Shown one piece after another: positions 10,777 through 20,803 of a stretch of 64,000 nt of DNA. The stretch lies in NCBI GenBank assembly GCA_963741925.1, contig CAVUJU010000005.1, forward strand, positions 2,625,447 to 2,689,446, in the 5' to 3' direction. The stretch comes from an uncultured Acidobacteriota bacterium (GTDB taxonomy: Bacteria; Acidobacteriota; Thermoanaerobaculia; Multivoradales; DATKCC01). Below the pieces are notes generated by a model that was not told the DNA's origin, made no database searches, and was given only the letters and a program-made list of their open reading frames with translations. The translations under genes were made by a program, and so were the position numbers. Position 1 is the stretch's first letter. Every line of letters starts with the position of its first letter.

Positions 10777-13434
10777 TCACACCTGGACGTGCTCGAGCTC
10801 GTGGAGAAGGGCCCCGGCGTCGGCGTAGCGCTCGGCGGGGTCCTTCGCCAGGCAGCGCAGCAGGATCCCCTCGAGCTCGGAGGGAATCTCGGCCCATCGC
10901 TGCCGGGGCGGTACGGGCTCGTCGTGCAGGTGCTGGGAGATCGTCTCCAGGACCGTGCCGCCGCGGTACGGGCTCTCGGTGGTGAAGATCTCGTAGAGGA
11001 CGATGCCGCACGAGTAGACGTCGCTGCGCGCATCCACATCGCCCTCGCCGAACCGCTCCGGCGCCATGTAGCGCGGGGTCCCGATGACTTGCCCGGTCCT
11101 GGTCAGCCCGGAACCCGAGACGGCCACCGGGCGGGCGAGGCCGAAGTCGGTCAGCTTGGCGTTGCCGGCGGCGTCGAGCAGGACGTTCTCCGGCTTGACG
11201 TCGCGGTGGATCACGGCGAGCCGGTGGGCGGCGGCGAGACCCGAGCAGAGCTGCCGGGACAGCGACAGGCCGGCGGTGAACGGCAGCCGCTCGTCGGCGC
11301 GGTCCAGGAGCCCCCGGAGCGTCACCCCCCGGACGTACTCCATCGAGACGAAGGGCACGCCGTCGAGCTCGCCGAAGTCGTAGGTGCGCAGGACGTGGGG
11401 GTGGGTGACGCGCCGGGCCAGCTTCAGCTCCTCCTTGAGCCGCGCCAGGAACTCGGGGTCGTTCCAGAACTGCTGGCGGAGCACCTTGAGCGCGACCCGC
11501 TCGCCGAGCTCGCGGTCGCGCGCCCGGAACACGACGCCGACGCCGCCCGACCCGAGGATGGCCTCGATCTCGAAGCGTCCTCCCAGGACCGTTCCGACCG
11601 CGAGGCCGGTGAGCCCCACCGGGCGCGCCGCGTCGCCGTCCGCCAGCACGATCGTCCGCTTCGCCCAGGGTCCGGTGGCGAGGCGCTCGGCCTGGTCCGG
11701 GTCGAGGGCGAAGAGCTTCCGGTTGCCGAAAAGCGACGCCTGCGGCCGGAGGACCACGCCGAGCGAGGCCAGGGTCTCCCGGAGGGGACGGACCGCTTCC
11801 TCGGAGAGCAGCACCTCGCCCGGGGCGGCCTCGCGCAGCAGGGCCTCGATCTCGCGGACCGGCAGGCCGATGACCGTGGGGCCCGAGCCCCCCTCCCAGG
11901 CGAGCTCCCCCCGGACGATCCGTCCCGCGGCGATCGCCACCGTCGGGCGGAGGCTCCCGGCGCTTCCGGCCGGCCCGCCGGAGTCGGCGAGGGCCCCCAG
12001 GGTCTCGCCGGCGGTGGCCAGGGCACGATCCGCCGCCCCCTCGCCTTCGAAGGTGAGGTAGAGACGGTGGCCCGCGACCGACTCGACGCGCCCCCCCCGT
12101 TCGCCGGCGAGGCGTCCGATGCGGGCCACGTCCCGGCCGAGCGCCTGGATCGACGCCGCCGCGTCCGCAAACGGTGCCGCGTAGGCCAGGAGCTCCACCG
12201 CCACGAGGGTCGCGTCGGCCCGTTGCGCTCGGCGCGCCGGACGCGGGGGCTCGTCCTCCGGCACGGTCAGGGCGAGCTGTCCCATGTAGAGCTCGATGTC
12301 CCGTTTCTGCCGCAGGTCCGACAGCAAGTCGTCGAAGGCGGAGGCGAGCCGCGCCACCTCGTCGCGACCGCCGGTGGCCACCACCTGGTCGTAGTCGCCC
12401 TGGCGCGCCGCCTCGGCCGCCCGCAGGAGCGAGCGCACCGGGCGGAGCGCGCGGCGGGCGAGGGGATAGGAGAGCGCCAGCGCGATGAGGATCGAGGCGA
12501 CCCCACCCCCTACGAGCAGCCACTGGAGCTCGCGGAAGGTCGCGAGCTGCTCGGCCAGGGAGGTGAGGGTCACCGCGCCGCCGACCGGCCGGCCGGCGGC
12601 GTCGAGGAGCGGGCTCGCGCGGGCGAGCCAGGGTTTCCCACCCAGCTCGATCCTCCGCTCCCCGTCGCCCAGGCCGCCGGTGAACACCCGTCCGGCGCCG
12701 CCGGCCGCCTGCTCGAGCCGGGAGGCGAGCGGCGCGACGAGCGCCGGCGCGACCGAGGCGCCGACCGGCCGGAGGTGGCCGCCCGAGAGCTCGAAGAAGA
12801 CCACCTCGCCCCGGCTCACGTCCTGGACCCGCCGGGCGAGAGCGTCGTCGATGCGGTAGCCGGTCACCAGGAAGCCGTTGAGCTCGCCGCCGCGGCTCGC
12901 CGGGACGATCACGGCGTCGAAGAGCCGGTCGCCCTCGCGCCAGACCCCCGAGCCGCCGAAGTCCGAGAGCCCGGCCGCGACCAGCGGCCGCGAGGCCAGG
13001 TCCTCGCCCACCGCCTCGGGCCGGTCGGTGTGGGCCAGCACCCGGCCCTGGGGCGTGAGGACCATGGCGAAGTCGAAGCCCAGGTCCTTCTGGTTCTGCT
13101 TCATCAGGTCCAGGATCGACGCCGTGTCCTCGCTCCGGCCGGCCTCGGCGACGTAGGCGGACAGGTAGGGGTCGAGACCGAACAGGTTCGAGATCAGCGA
13201 GAGCCGCCGATAGCGCTCGTCGCGGAACGCTTTCTGGAGATTCGAGGTCCGGACCAGCTCGGCCGTCGCGTCGGCCCTGGCGATCCGCAGCCCCACCCAG
13301 GCGGTGACCGCGACCGCCAGCGCCACGGCGAAGAGGATCAGCAGCCCGGTCGCCAGGAAGATCCGGGTGGCGAGCGAGGCCCGCGAGCGCCCGGCCGGGG
13401 CCCGGCGGCCGCCGAGCGGAGGATCAGTGACCAT
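10777..13434 (-). CDS. Membrane sensor protein: periplasmic domain, TM, HAMP, degenerate class III nucleotidyl-cyclase-like domain, C-terminal Ser/Thr protein kinase
   Basis: Two TM segments flank a ~250-aa periplasmic region. HAMP-like segment (RPVRSLLRAAEAARQGDYDQVV...DDLLSDLRQK). Cyclase-homology blocks are present but the metal-binding Asp positions are changed (ATLVAVELLAY; GGRVESVAGHRLYLTFEG; TVAIAAGRIVRGEL). Complete Hanks kinase: LGSGGVGVVFRA, VALKVL, HRDVKPENVLL, DFG, GTPRYMAPE. Start taken at MVTDPP (13434); an alternative upstream start is at 13533. Confidence 0.75.
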   Translation of the reverse strand: MVTDPPLGGRRAPAGRSRASLATRIFLATGLLILFAVALAVAVTAWVGLRIARADATAELVRTSNLQKAFRDERYRRLSLISNLFGLDPYLSAYVAEAGRSEDTASILDLMKQNQKDLGFDFAMVLTPQGRVLAHTDRPEAVGEDLASRPLVAAGLSDFGGSGVWREGDRLFDAVIVPASRGGELNGFLVTGYRIDDALARRVQDVSRGEVVFFELSGGHLRPVGASVAPALVAPLASRLEQAAGGAGRVFTGGLGDGERRIELGGKPWLARASPLLDAAGRPVGGAVTLTSLAEQLATFRELQWLLVGGGVASILIALALSYPLARRALRPVRSLLRAAEAARQGDYDQVVATGGRDEVARLASAFDDLLSDLRQKRDIELYMGQLALTVPEDEPPRPARRAQRADATLVAVELLAYAAPFADAAASIQALGRDVARIGRLAGERGGRVESVAGHRLYLTFEGEGAADRALATAGETLGALADSGGPAGSAGSLRPTVAIAAGRIVRGELAWEGGSGPTVIGLPVREIEALLREAAPGEVLLSEEAVRPLRETLASLGVVLRPQASLFGNRKLFALDPDQAERLATGPWAKRTIVLADGDAARPVGLTGLAVGTVLGGRFEIEAILGSGGVGVVFRARDRELGERVALKVLRQQFWNDPEFLARLKEELKLARRVTHPHVLRTYDFGELDGVPFVSMEYVRGVTLRGLLDRADERLPFTAGLSLSRQLCSGLAAAHRLAVIHRDVKPENVLLDAAGNAKLTDFGLARPVAVSGSGLTRTGQVIGTPRYMAPERFGEGDVDARSDVYSCGIVLYEIFTTESPYRGGTVLETISQHLHDEPVPPRQRWAEIPSELEGILLRCLAKDPAERYADAGALLHELEHVQV

Positions 13435-14101
13435 CGTAGCCGCCCCGTCCGAGCCGCCGGTAGGCGCGCCCGAACTTGTCGAGATGGGGCGGGATCTTCG
13501 GCTTGGTGAGCTCGAGGAGCACCTCGGGCGCACCGCTCGAGGGCACCGGGACCGGACCGCTCCAGGGCTCCGCCTGCTCGTGCCAGACGGTCAGCGTCCC
13601 CGGGCCCTCGGGAAGCCCGCTCAGCCGGAACCGCCCCTGGTCGTCGGGAGACGTGAAGAAGGGGGTGTCGAGGACCAGGACGTAGCCCACCATGCCGTGG
13701 TGGACGTTGCAGAAGACGCGCACGACCCCGGGCCGGTCGAAGGTCACCGACCTGGCCTCGCCCCGGCCGTAGAGCCCGAGGTCGAAGCGGTAGGGGTCCG
13801 AGATCGAGAAGATGTTGTGGAGGATCGGGTCGCGGTTGGGGAAGGAGACCGTGGTCCCCGTCACCACCGCCAGGATCCGGGGCTCGAAGGACTTGTCGCG
13901 GGTCGCCATGCGCGGCGCCTCGGCGGGCGCGTGGAGCGCCACCGGGCGGTCGGGCCGCCAGGAGACGACCGCCCGGCCCGCCTCCCCGGGGACCGTGCGG
14001 CCGTGGGAGACCACCTCGACCCGGCCGGCGAGCTCGGCCGCGCCGGCGGCGGCGGGCAGCAGGGCGAGGCAGAGGGCGGCGGCCGGAACCCGAGCGGTCA
14101 T
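13424..14101 (-). CDS. Secreted cupredoxin-like (type-1 copper site) protein with C-terminal beta-sandwich
   Basis: Signal peptide MTARVPAAALCLALLPAAAGA. Candidate Cu ligand pattern H...C-x2-H-x2-M (HNIFS ... CNVHHGM). Overlaps the downstream kinase start by 11 nt, implying an operon. Confidence 0.6.
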   Translation of the reverse strand: MTARVPAAALCLALLPAAAGAAELAGRVEVVSHGRTVPGEAGRAVVSWRPDRPVALHAPAEAPRMATRDKSFEPRILAVVTGTTVSFPNRDPILHNIFSISDPYRFDLGLYGRGEARSVTFDRPGVVRVFCNVHHGMVGYVLVLDTPFFTSPDDQGRFRLSGLPEGPGTLTVWHEQAEPWSGPVPVPSSGAPEVLLELTKPKIPPHLDKFGRAYRRLGRGGYDGH

Positions 14102-14103
14102 GG

Positions 14104-15508
14104 TCAGCGAGTCCAGCGCAGGGTGACCAGGGTCTCGTCGTCGGTGCCGTCGCCGTTCGCCCGCTGGAAGGTGTTGGCGGCGTGCTCGGCGGTCAGGTCG
14201 ATCCCCGGCAGGATCCCGAGACGAAGGCCCAGGTCGACCTTCTCCCAGTCCCAGGCGCCGCTGGGGAAGGGCGTCACGGCGGGGTTGGCGAAGCGGTTGT
14301 CGAGCGCCGAGTAGCGAACCGCGGGCTGGACGTAGGGGAAGAGCTGGCGGCCGGCGACCGCCCAGCGCAGCGGCAGGTCGAGAGCCCAGGCGAGCTCGAC
14401 TTCGTAGCCGCTGCGCGGCAGCGACGCCACCTCCTGATCCACGTACTGACCGAACAGGGAGAGGCCGCCCAGGTAGAGCCAGAGGTTCGCCCCGGCCTCG
14501 GTCTTGGTGTCGCCGGAGAGGCCCGGGTAGGGGTACTGGTTCCAGGGGCCGCGGAGGAAGTCGAGGTCGCCGCCGTAGAAGGTGCCCTGGAGCTCCACCG
14601 TGTCGGCCAGCTTGCGGCGGTAGCCGTAGACCATGAAGTCGATCGCCCGCTCGCCCGCGGCGTCGGCCCAGCGCCCGCCGGCCGCCGCACCGACCTCGAG
14701 GTTGCCGTCGGCGTCGAGCCCTTCGACCTCGGCGTCGTAGAGGATCGGGATGCCGCTCTTGAGCGTCGGATCGGGGTGCGGGCGCAGGAAGGCGTCGGTG
14801 CCGTTGTCACCCGCCAGGGCGTTCGGGTCGCGGAAGAAGAGGGGGTTGCCCTGGGTGAGGGAGCCCTTCACGTAGAGATGGCCGCCGAGGTCCAGGCCGA
14901 GCTCTAGACCGAAGTCCTCCATCCGGTTGAAGGCCGTGGACACGACGCCGTAGGACTCCAGGTGGCGGTCGTTCTGGCGCTCCATCTTCGGGAACTTGCC
15001 GATCTGGACGTAGCCGCCGAACCCGTCGGCCGGCGTCGCGGGAACGATCGGCCGGCCGAAGCGCAACCAGGCCTCGTCGACGTCCACCTGGCGGTCGCCG
15101 GAGGTGGGGTTGCGGTCGTAGAGGTCGAAGAAGTCGACCTTGGCGTGCGCCTGGACCGCCTCGCCCCAGCGCGCGTCGGCGTAGAGGGTGAAGACGGAGA
15201 AGCTCCAGGTGGTCGCCGGCGTTGACCGTCTCGAGGAACGCGCGGTCCTGGCCCACCGGCAGCATGTCGGGCGTGAAGGGGAAGTCGACCGGGAAGCGGT
15301 TCTCGTCGCTGTGCCGGAAGTGCGTCCTGGCCTCCAGCCGGAGGTCCACCCGCAGGCTCGGCGCGTCGCCGGCCTCCGGCGCGGCCGCCTCCGGACCCGC
15401 GGCCCCGCCCTGGGCCGCCGCCGGCCCGGCGAGGAGGACACCCACGAGCAGGAGGAAGGGAAGGGGGCGAGAGCTTGGGATCCGCGCCCTCAGAGCCAGT
15501 GAAGCCAT
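14104..15508 (-). CDS. Putative outer-membrane beta-barrel protein, apparent frameshift near 15205-15215
   Basis: Signal peptide MASLALRARIPSSRPLPFLLLVGVLLAGPAAAQG in one frame (ATG 15508). After ~15210 the reading continues in a second frame (FSVFTLYADARWGEAVQAHAKVDFFDLY...), with alternating hydrophobic beta-strand character to the C-terminus (...LVTLRWTR). Confidence 0.5.
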
Positions 15509-15540
15509 CTCCGGCCTTACCGCGGGCGCCCCCGAATCAC

Positions 15541-15605
15541 CCCTCGCAGCGTTGCGCCTCCTCGAGGTAGGCCCTGCTACGCCTGCGTCTGCGCGCCCGG
15601 CGAGG
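15541..15605. repeat. Dispersed ~60-bp intergenic repeat family B (cgacgcaggcgtagcagggcctacstcgaggaggmgcaacgc), reverse orientation
   Basis: Reverse complement matches the copies at 30650-30715 and 42590-42665. Lies between convergent operons. Confidence 0.5.
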
Positions 15606-15925
15606 GGCGCACGGACCACCGCGCTCCGCGCGGCGGTGCCCACGCCCTCGCGACGGGCGGAGAGGTCTTCACAGGCTCTCAGCGGAGACGATCCACGGGT
15701 CCTTGCCAACGGGTGGCTCCCTCTGTGAGTCCGACGAGAAGGACCGACCCTACCACGGAGCGCGGTCCGTGCCGGAGCCCCTCGCCGAGCCACGAGGCCC
15801 GCCCGGGCGGCCGGGGAAGGTGGAAGCGGCGGCCCGCGTTGTAGAGGCTGAGCCCGCTTCGAGTCTGGTAGGCTCGCAGGTCGACGACGCCCACAGCGAA
15901 ACCGTAGAGATCCCCAACCCTTCGA

Positions 15926-16417
15926 ATGATCGGGACCCTGATCCTGAGCCACGGCCGCCTCGCCGACGAGCTCCTCGCGGCCGCCCGGACCATCACCGGC
16001 GGCCTGGAGGGCTTCGGCGCCCTGTCCCTCGACTGGAGCGACGGCTTCGAAGAGGCCAAGACCCAGATCCGGGATGCCCTGGAGCACCTCGATCGCGGCG
16101 ACGGCGTGCTGATCCTCACCGACATGTTCGGGGGAACGCCGTGCAACGTCGCCCTCACCTTCCTCGATCCGGGTCGGGTGGAGATCGTCACCGGCGTCAA
16201 CCTGCCCATGGTCGTCCGGCTCGCCTGCTTGGGACGGCGGGAGCTCACGGTCTCCGAGGCCGCGAGCTGGCTGCGCGACAAGGGCCGTCACAGCATCTGC
16301 CTGGCGAGCGACATCCAGGCCCAGCGCTGCCCGCCGCCGGGCGGCTGCTCCGACGCCGCCGAGGAGGCCGCCCGGGAGGCGGCGGAGGTGGGCGCCGGTC
16401 GCGAGGATCGCGGGTGA
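15926..16417 (+). CDS. PTS mannose-family EIIA component
   Basis: 163 aa (MIGTLILSHGRLADELLAAARTITG...GVLILTDMFGGTPCNV), matching EIIA-Man with a phosphorylatable His near the N-terminus. Confidence 0.8.
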   Translation: MIGTLILSHGRLADELLAAARTITGGLEGFGALSLDWSDGFEEAKTQIRDALEHLDRGDGVLILTDMFGGTPCNVALTFLDPGRVEIVTGVNLPMVVRLACLGRRELTVSEAASWLRDKGRHSICLASDIQAQRCPPPGGCSDAAEEAAREAAEVGAGREDRG

Positions 16418-16683
16418 TCGAGCGCGAGGTCGAAATCGTCAACCGACTCGGCCTCCACGCTCGCGCCGCCTCCAAGCTCGTTCACCTGGCGGCGTCGTTC
16501 CAGAGCGACGTGGCCCTGGTCCAGGATGGCGAGGAGGTGGACGCCAAGAGCATCCTCGGCATCTTGCTGCTGGCGGCGGGGCAGGGCAACCGCATCGTCC
16601 TGCGCTGCGAGGGCGAAGACGAGGAGCAGGCCATGGCCGCGATCACCGGGCTGATCGCGGACCGCTTCGACGAGGAGTCCTGA
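16414..16683 (+). CDS. ptsH: Phosphocarrier protein HPr
   Basis: 89 aa (VIEREVEIVNRLGLHARAASKLV...) with active-site His15 and the Ser46 region GKSILGILLLAAGQG. GTG overlaps the EIIA stop. Confidence 0.85.
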   Translation: MIEREVEIVNRLGLHARAASKLVHLAASFQSDVALVQDGEEVDAKSILGILLLAAGQGNRIVLRCEGEDEEQAMAAITGLIADRFDEES

Positions 16684-16698
16684 GCGGGATCGACGGCG

Positions 16699-18490
16699 AT
16701 GGGCCATGACAACGAGGAGATCGTGAAGCGCGCGCAAATGCGGATTCTGCAGGGCGTCGGCGTCTCGGGCGGCATCGCCATCGGCCGAGCCGTGGTGGTC
16801 GAGACGCGGGCTCTGGAGGTTTACAGGATCCCGCTCGCCGACGCCGACGTGGAGCCGGAGATCGAGCGCTTCGCCGAGGCGGTGGAGCAGGCCCGGGCGG
16901 AGGTGGCGCGCACCCGGCAGCGGGCCGGCGAGGACCTGGGCGAGCACACGGGGGCGATCTTCGACGCCCACCTCCTGGTGCTCTGCGACACCGGCTTCCT
17001 CGATCGCGTCACCGAGCGGATCCGCCAGGAGCGGGTCAACGCCGAGTGGGCCGTCTACCGTGCCGCCGAGGAGTACGCCGGACGCTTCGCGGCGATGGAG
17101 AACGAGTACATCCGCGAGCGCCGCATCGACATCGAGGACGTGGTCCACCACCTGCTGCGCCGCCTCCAGGGGATCTCTCACCACGAGCTGTCCGAGATCG
17201 AGGGGCCGATGGTGATCGTCGCCGACGACCTGACGCCGTCGGAGGCGGTCCGGCTGGGGCGGGGCCGGGCGGTCGGCTTCGCCATCGAGAGCGGGGGCCG
17301 CACCTCCCACACCACGATCATCGCTCGCTCGCTCGGGCTGCCGGCGGTCACCGGTCTGGGCGAGGTCACCGAGCTCGTCACCGACGAGGACCCGGTGATC
17401 ATCGACGGGCAGGAGGGGGTGGTGATCCTGCACCCGACCCGCTCGACGCTCAAGCGCTACCGGCACCGGCTCGCCGAGATGGAGAGTCGCGAGATCAGCC
17501 TCCTCGAGACCCGGGAAGCTCGAGGCGCGGACCGCGGACGGTGACGCCATCCAGCTCATGGCCAACATCGACCTGCCCGAGGAGCTCGAGGACGTCCTCG
17601 CCTTCGGCGCCCGCGGGATCGGCCTCTACCGCAGCGAGTTCCTGTACATCGAGAGGAGCCCGGAGCTGCCCAGCGAGGAGGAGCACCTGGCCCTCTATCG
17701 GCACCTGGTCGAGGCCGCCGCCCCCGAGCCGGTGATCATCCGGACCTACGACCTCGGCGGGCGCAAGCTCGCCCAGGAGCTGCTCGAGACCCACGAGGAC
17801 AACCCGGTGCTCGGCCTGCGCGGCATCCGGCTGACCCTGGCGCGGCCGCAGGTGTTCAAGGCCCAGATCCGGGCCCTCCTGCGCGCCGGCCTCTACGGCG
17901 ATCTGCGGCTCATGCTGCCCCTGATCTCGGGGCTCGACGAGGTCCGGGCCTTCCGCGCCTTCGCCGCCGAGGTCATGGCGGAGCTCGAGGCCGAGGGCCT
18001 CGAGTACCGGCGGGACCTGCCCCTGGGGGTCATGATCGAGGTGCCCTCGGCGGCGGTCATCGCGGACGTCCTGGCCCGCGAGGTGGACTTCTTCTCCATC
18101 GGCACCAACGACTTGATCCAGTACTCCCTGGCGGTCGACCGCAACAACGAGCACGTCGCCGACCTCTACCAGCCGGCGCATCCGGCGATCCTGCGCATGC
18201 TACGCTTCGTGATCTGCAGCGCGGCGGAGGCCGGGATCGAGGTGGGGCTGTGCGGCGAGATGGCCGCCGACCCCCGCTATGCGGCGCTCCTGATCGGCCT
18301 CGGGCTGCGCCGCTTGTCGGTGACGCCGCGGTCGGTCCCGGCGCTCAAGCAGCGGATCCGGGGGCTGGCGGCGGAGGCCCTCGCCGAGCTCGCGGAGCGC
18401 TGCCTGGAGCTCGGCACCGCCGCCGAGGTGGAGGACCTCCTGGACTCGGCGCTCGACCCCATGGTCGAGACCGCCGCGAGGCGGGCATAG
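16699..18490 (+). CDS. ptsI: Phosphoenolpyruvate-protein phosphotransferase (Enzyme I), apparent frameshift near 17512-17518
   Basis: N-terminal half 16699-17544 holds the phospho-His domain (GGRTSHTTIIARSLGLP). The C-terminal PEP-utilising half 17558-18490 (GIGLYRSEFLY...IGTNDLIQY...CGEMAADP) is in a different frame. The junction lies in a ccgggaag homopolymer context. Confidence 0.85.
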
Positions 18491-18519
18491 GCCCGGTCAC
18501 CGAAGAGAGGAGCGAGGCG

Positions 18520-19440
18520 ATGAGGCGGATCGAGGTCCGGACCACGACCCTGGTCCTCGCCGGCCTGCTGGCGGCGGGGCTCGCCGGCTGCAGCCGGGCG
18601 CCCCGGCCCGTGCTCCCCGGCCCCGGGGAGCTCTCGCCCACTCTCGACGACGTCCCGGCGAACGTCCGGGAGGCGGCCCTGGAGACCGGCTCGACGACGC
18701 CGGCCTCCGGCTCCGAGTCGACCCCGGATACCCCCTCGGAGCCGGCCGCGCCGAAGCCCAAGTCCACCTCGTCCAAGAGCCCCGACACCAAGGTGATCGT
18801 CGTCGGGCGCGCCAAGAGCACGCCGGGGCAGACGCTGGTGGAGGCCGCCCAGGCCGCCCGGGAGAGCCGCGCCAAGTCGGGGCCGTCGGTCGCCTCGGTG
18901 ACCAACGAGAACCTCAAGGACTACCAGGACGCCCCGTTGACCTTCGCCCAGCCCGAGCCCCACGCCGGCTCGAAGAGCGCCGGGTCCGCCGCCGAGGTTG
19001 GGAAGGACGGTGCCCAGGCCGGCGCCGAAACGAGGGAGACGTACTGGCGCTCCCGGGTCCTCGACCTCCGGCTCGCCATGCGCGGAGCGGTCGATCGGCT
19101 CTCCGACCTCGAGACCCGAGCCGCCGGCCTGCGCCGCGACTTCTACGCCCAGGACAACCCCTACGTCCGCGACGGGCAGATCAAGCCCGCGTGGGACCGG
19201 GCTCTCGACCAGATCGCGTCGACCCGCGAGTCGATCCACCGGCTGCGGGACCAGCTCGCCGAGACGCTGGACGAAGGCCGCCGGGCCGGCGCCCTGCCCG
19301 GCTGGCTCCGCGCGGGCATGGAGCTCGAGCCGACCCCCGACGAGCTCCCGGCCGAGGCCAAGGCCGGCGAGCCGAAGGCCTACGAGCCGGAAGAGCCCAA
19401 GGTCCTCGACGAATCGGCCCAGCCCCCGCCGGGAAGCTCC
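18520..19440 (+). CDS. Lipoprotein with Ser/Pro/Ala-rich low-complexity region; no stop codon before miaB in the same frame
   Basis: Lipobox LLAAGLAGCS after MRRIEVRTTTLVLAG. The frame stays open through the ATG of miaB at 19441 (see findings). Confidence 0.45.
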
Positions 19441-20772
19441 ATGAGCCAGGGTCCCGTCCCGCGGCCCCGGCGCTTCTTCATCGAGACCTGGGGCTGTCAG
19501 ATGAACGAGCTCGACAGCCAGAGGATGGCGGGGCAGCTCATGCAGCAGGGGCTGTTGCCGACCCGCGAGCCGGCGGACGCGGACGTGCTCTTGCTGAATT
19601 CCTGTAGCGTACGCGACAACGCTGAAAACAAGGTCTACTCCCGGATCGGTGAGTACCGGGCCCTCAAGAAGGACCGCGAGCTCCTGATCGGCCTCTGTGG
19701 CTGCGTCGCCCAGCAGGAGGGGGCGGCGGCCCTGGATCGGGCCCCCGAGCTCGACTTCGTCCTCGGACCGGCGCGGGTGGGGGAGCTGCGCGAGGTCCTC
19801 GCCCGCCGCCTGGCCGGAGAGCGGGTGGTCGCCACCGGGTTCCCCGAGACGCGGGCCTTCGACCTCGACGCGATCTCCCGCGACGGCGGCTACAAGGGGA
19901 TGGTCACGTGCATCGAGGGGTGCGACAAGCGGTGCACCTTCTGCATCGTGCCCCGGACCCGGGGCCCGGAGCGCTGCCGGCCCATGGCGGAGATCGTGGC
20001 CGAGGTTCGCCACCTGGTGGCCTACGGCTTCTGCGAGATCGAGCTCCTCGGCCAGACGATCAACCACTGGCGCGAGCCCGGGGGCGAGCAGGACTTCGCC
20101 GACCTCCTGGACGCCGTCGCGCCCCTCCCGGGCGTCGAGCGCCTGCGGTTCATCACCTCGTACCCGCGGGACTTCAGCGACGAGATGATCGCCGCCTTCG
20201 CGCGCTACCCGAACCTCTGTCCCTACCTCCACCTGCCCGTCCAGTCCGGCTCCGATCCCGTCCTCCGGCGCATGGGCCGGGGCTACACCGTGGCCTCCTA
20301 CCTCGGCCTGGTCGACCGGATCCGCGCGGCCCGCCCCGACGTGGTCCTCTCGACCGACCTGATCGTCGGCTTCCCGGGCGAGACGGAAGCGCAGTTCCTG
20401 GAGACGGTTCGTCTCGTCGAGCGGGTGCGCTACGGGTCGCTCTACGCCTTCAAGTACTCGCCGCGGCCGGGGACCGCCGCCCCGCGCCTCGACGGTCACG
20501 TGCCGGTGCCGGTGGCCAACCGCCGCCTCAACGAGCTCTTCGCGGTCCAGGCCCGGATCCAGAGCGAGCTCAACCGGGAGCTGGTGGGGAAGGCCTACGA
20601 GGTCCTGGTGACCGGATGGGGTAAGCAGGCCGGCTTCCAGACCGGCCGCACGCCCTGTCACCGCACGGTGAGCTTCGCCACCGGCGGCGAGCCCGCCGAC
20701 CTCGGGAGCCTCGTGCCGGTCGTCGTGGAGCAGGCCTACCCTCACAGCCTGGTCGGCCGCCGGGCAACTTGA
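19441..20772 (+). CDS. miaB: tRNA-2-methylthio-N6-dimethylallyladenosine synthase (radical SAM methylthiotransferase)
   Basis: MTTase N-terminal domain (RFFIETWGCQMNELDSQ...LLNSCSVRDNAE), radical SAM CxxxCxxC (CDKRCTFC) and a C-terminal TRAM-like region. Confidence 0.85.
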   Translation: MSQGPVPRPRRFFIETWGCQMNELDSQRMAGQLMQQGLLPTREPADADVLLLNSCSVRDNAENKVYSRIGEYRALKKDRELLIGLCGCVAQQEGAAALDRAPELDFVLGPARVGELREVLARRLAGERVVATGFPETRAFDLDAISRDGGYKGMVTCIEGCDKRCTFCIVPRTRGPERCRPMAEIVAEVRHLVAYGFCEIELLGQTINHWREPGGEQDFADLLDAVAPLPGVERLRFITSYPRDFSDEMIAAFARYPNLCPYLHLPVQSGSDPVLRRMGRGYTVASYLGLVDRIRAARPDVVLSTDLIVGFPGETEAQFLETVRLVERVRYGSLYAFKYSPRPGTAAPRLDGHVPVPVANRRLNELFAVQARIQSELNRELVGKAYEVLVTGWGKQAGFQTGRTPCHRTVSFATGGEPADLGSLVPVVVEQAYPHSLVGRRAT

Positions 20773-20803
20773 CCTTCGGGAAGCCGCCCCTCAGAATAGG
20801 TCC

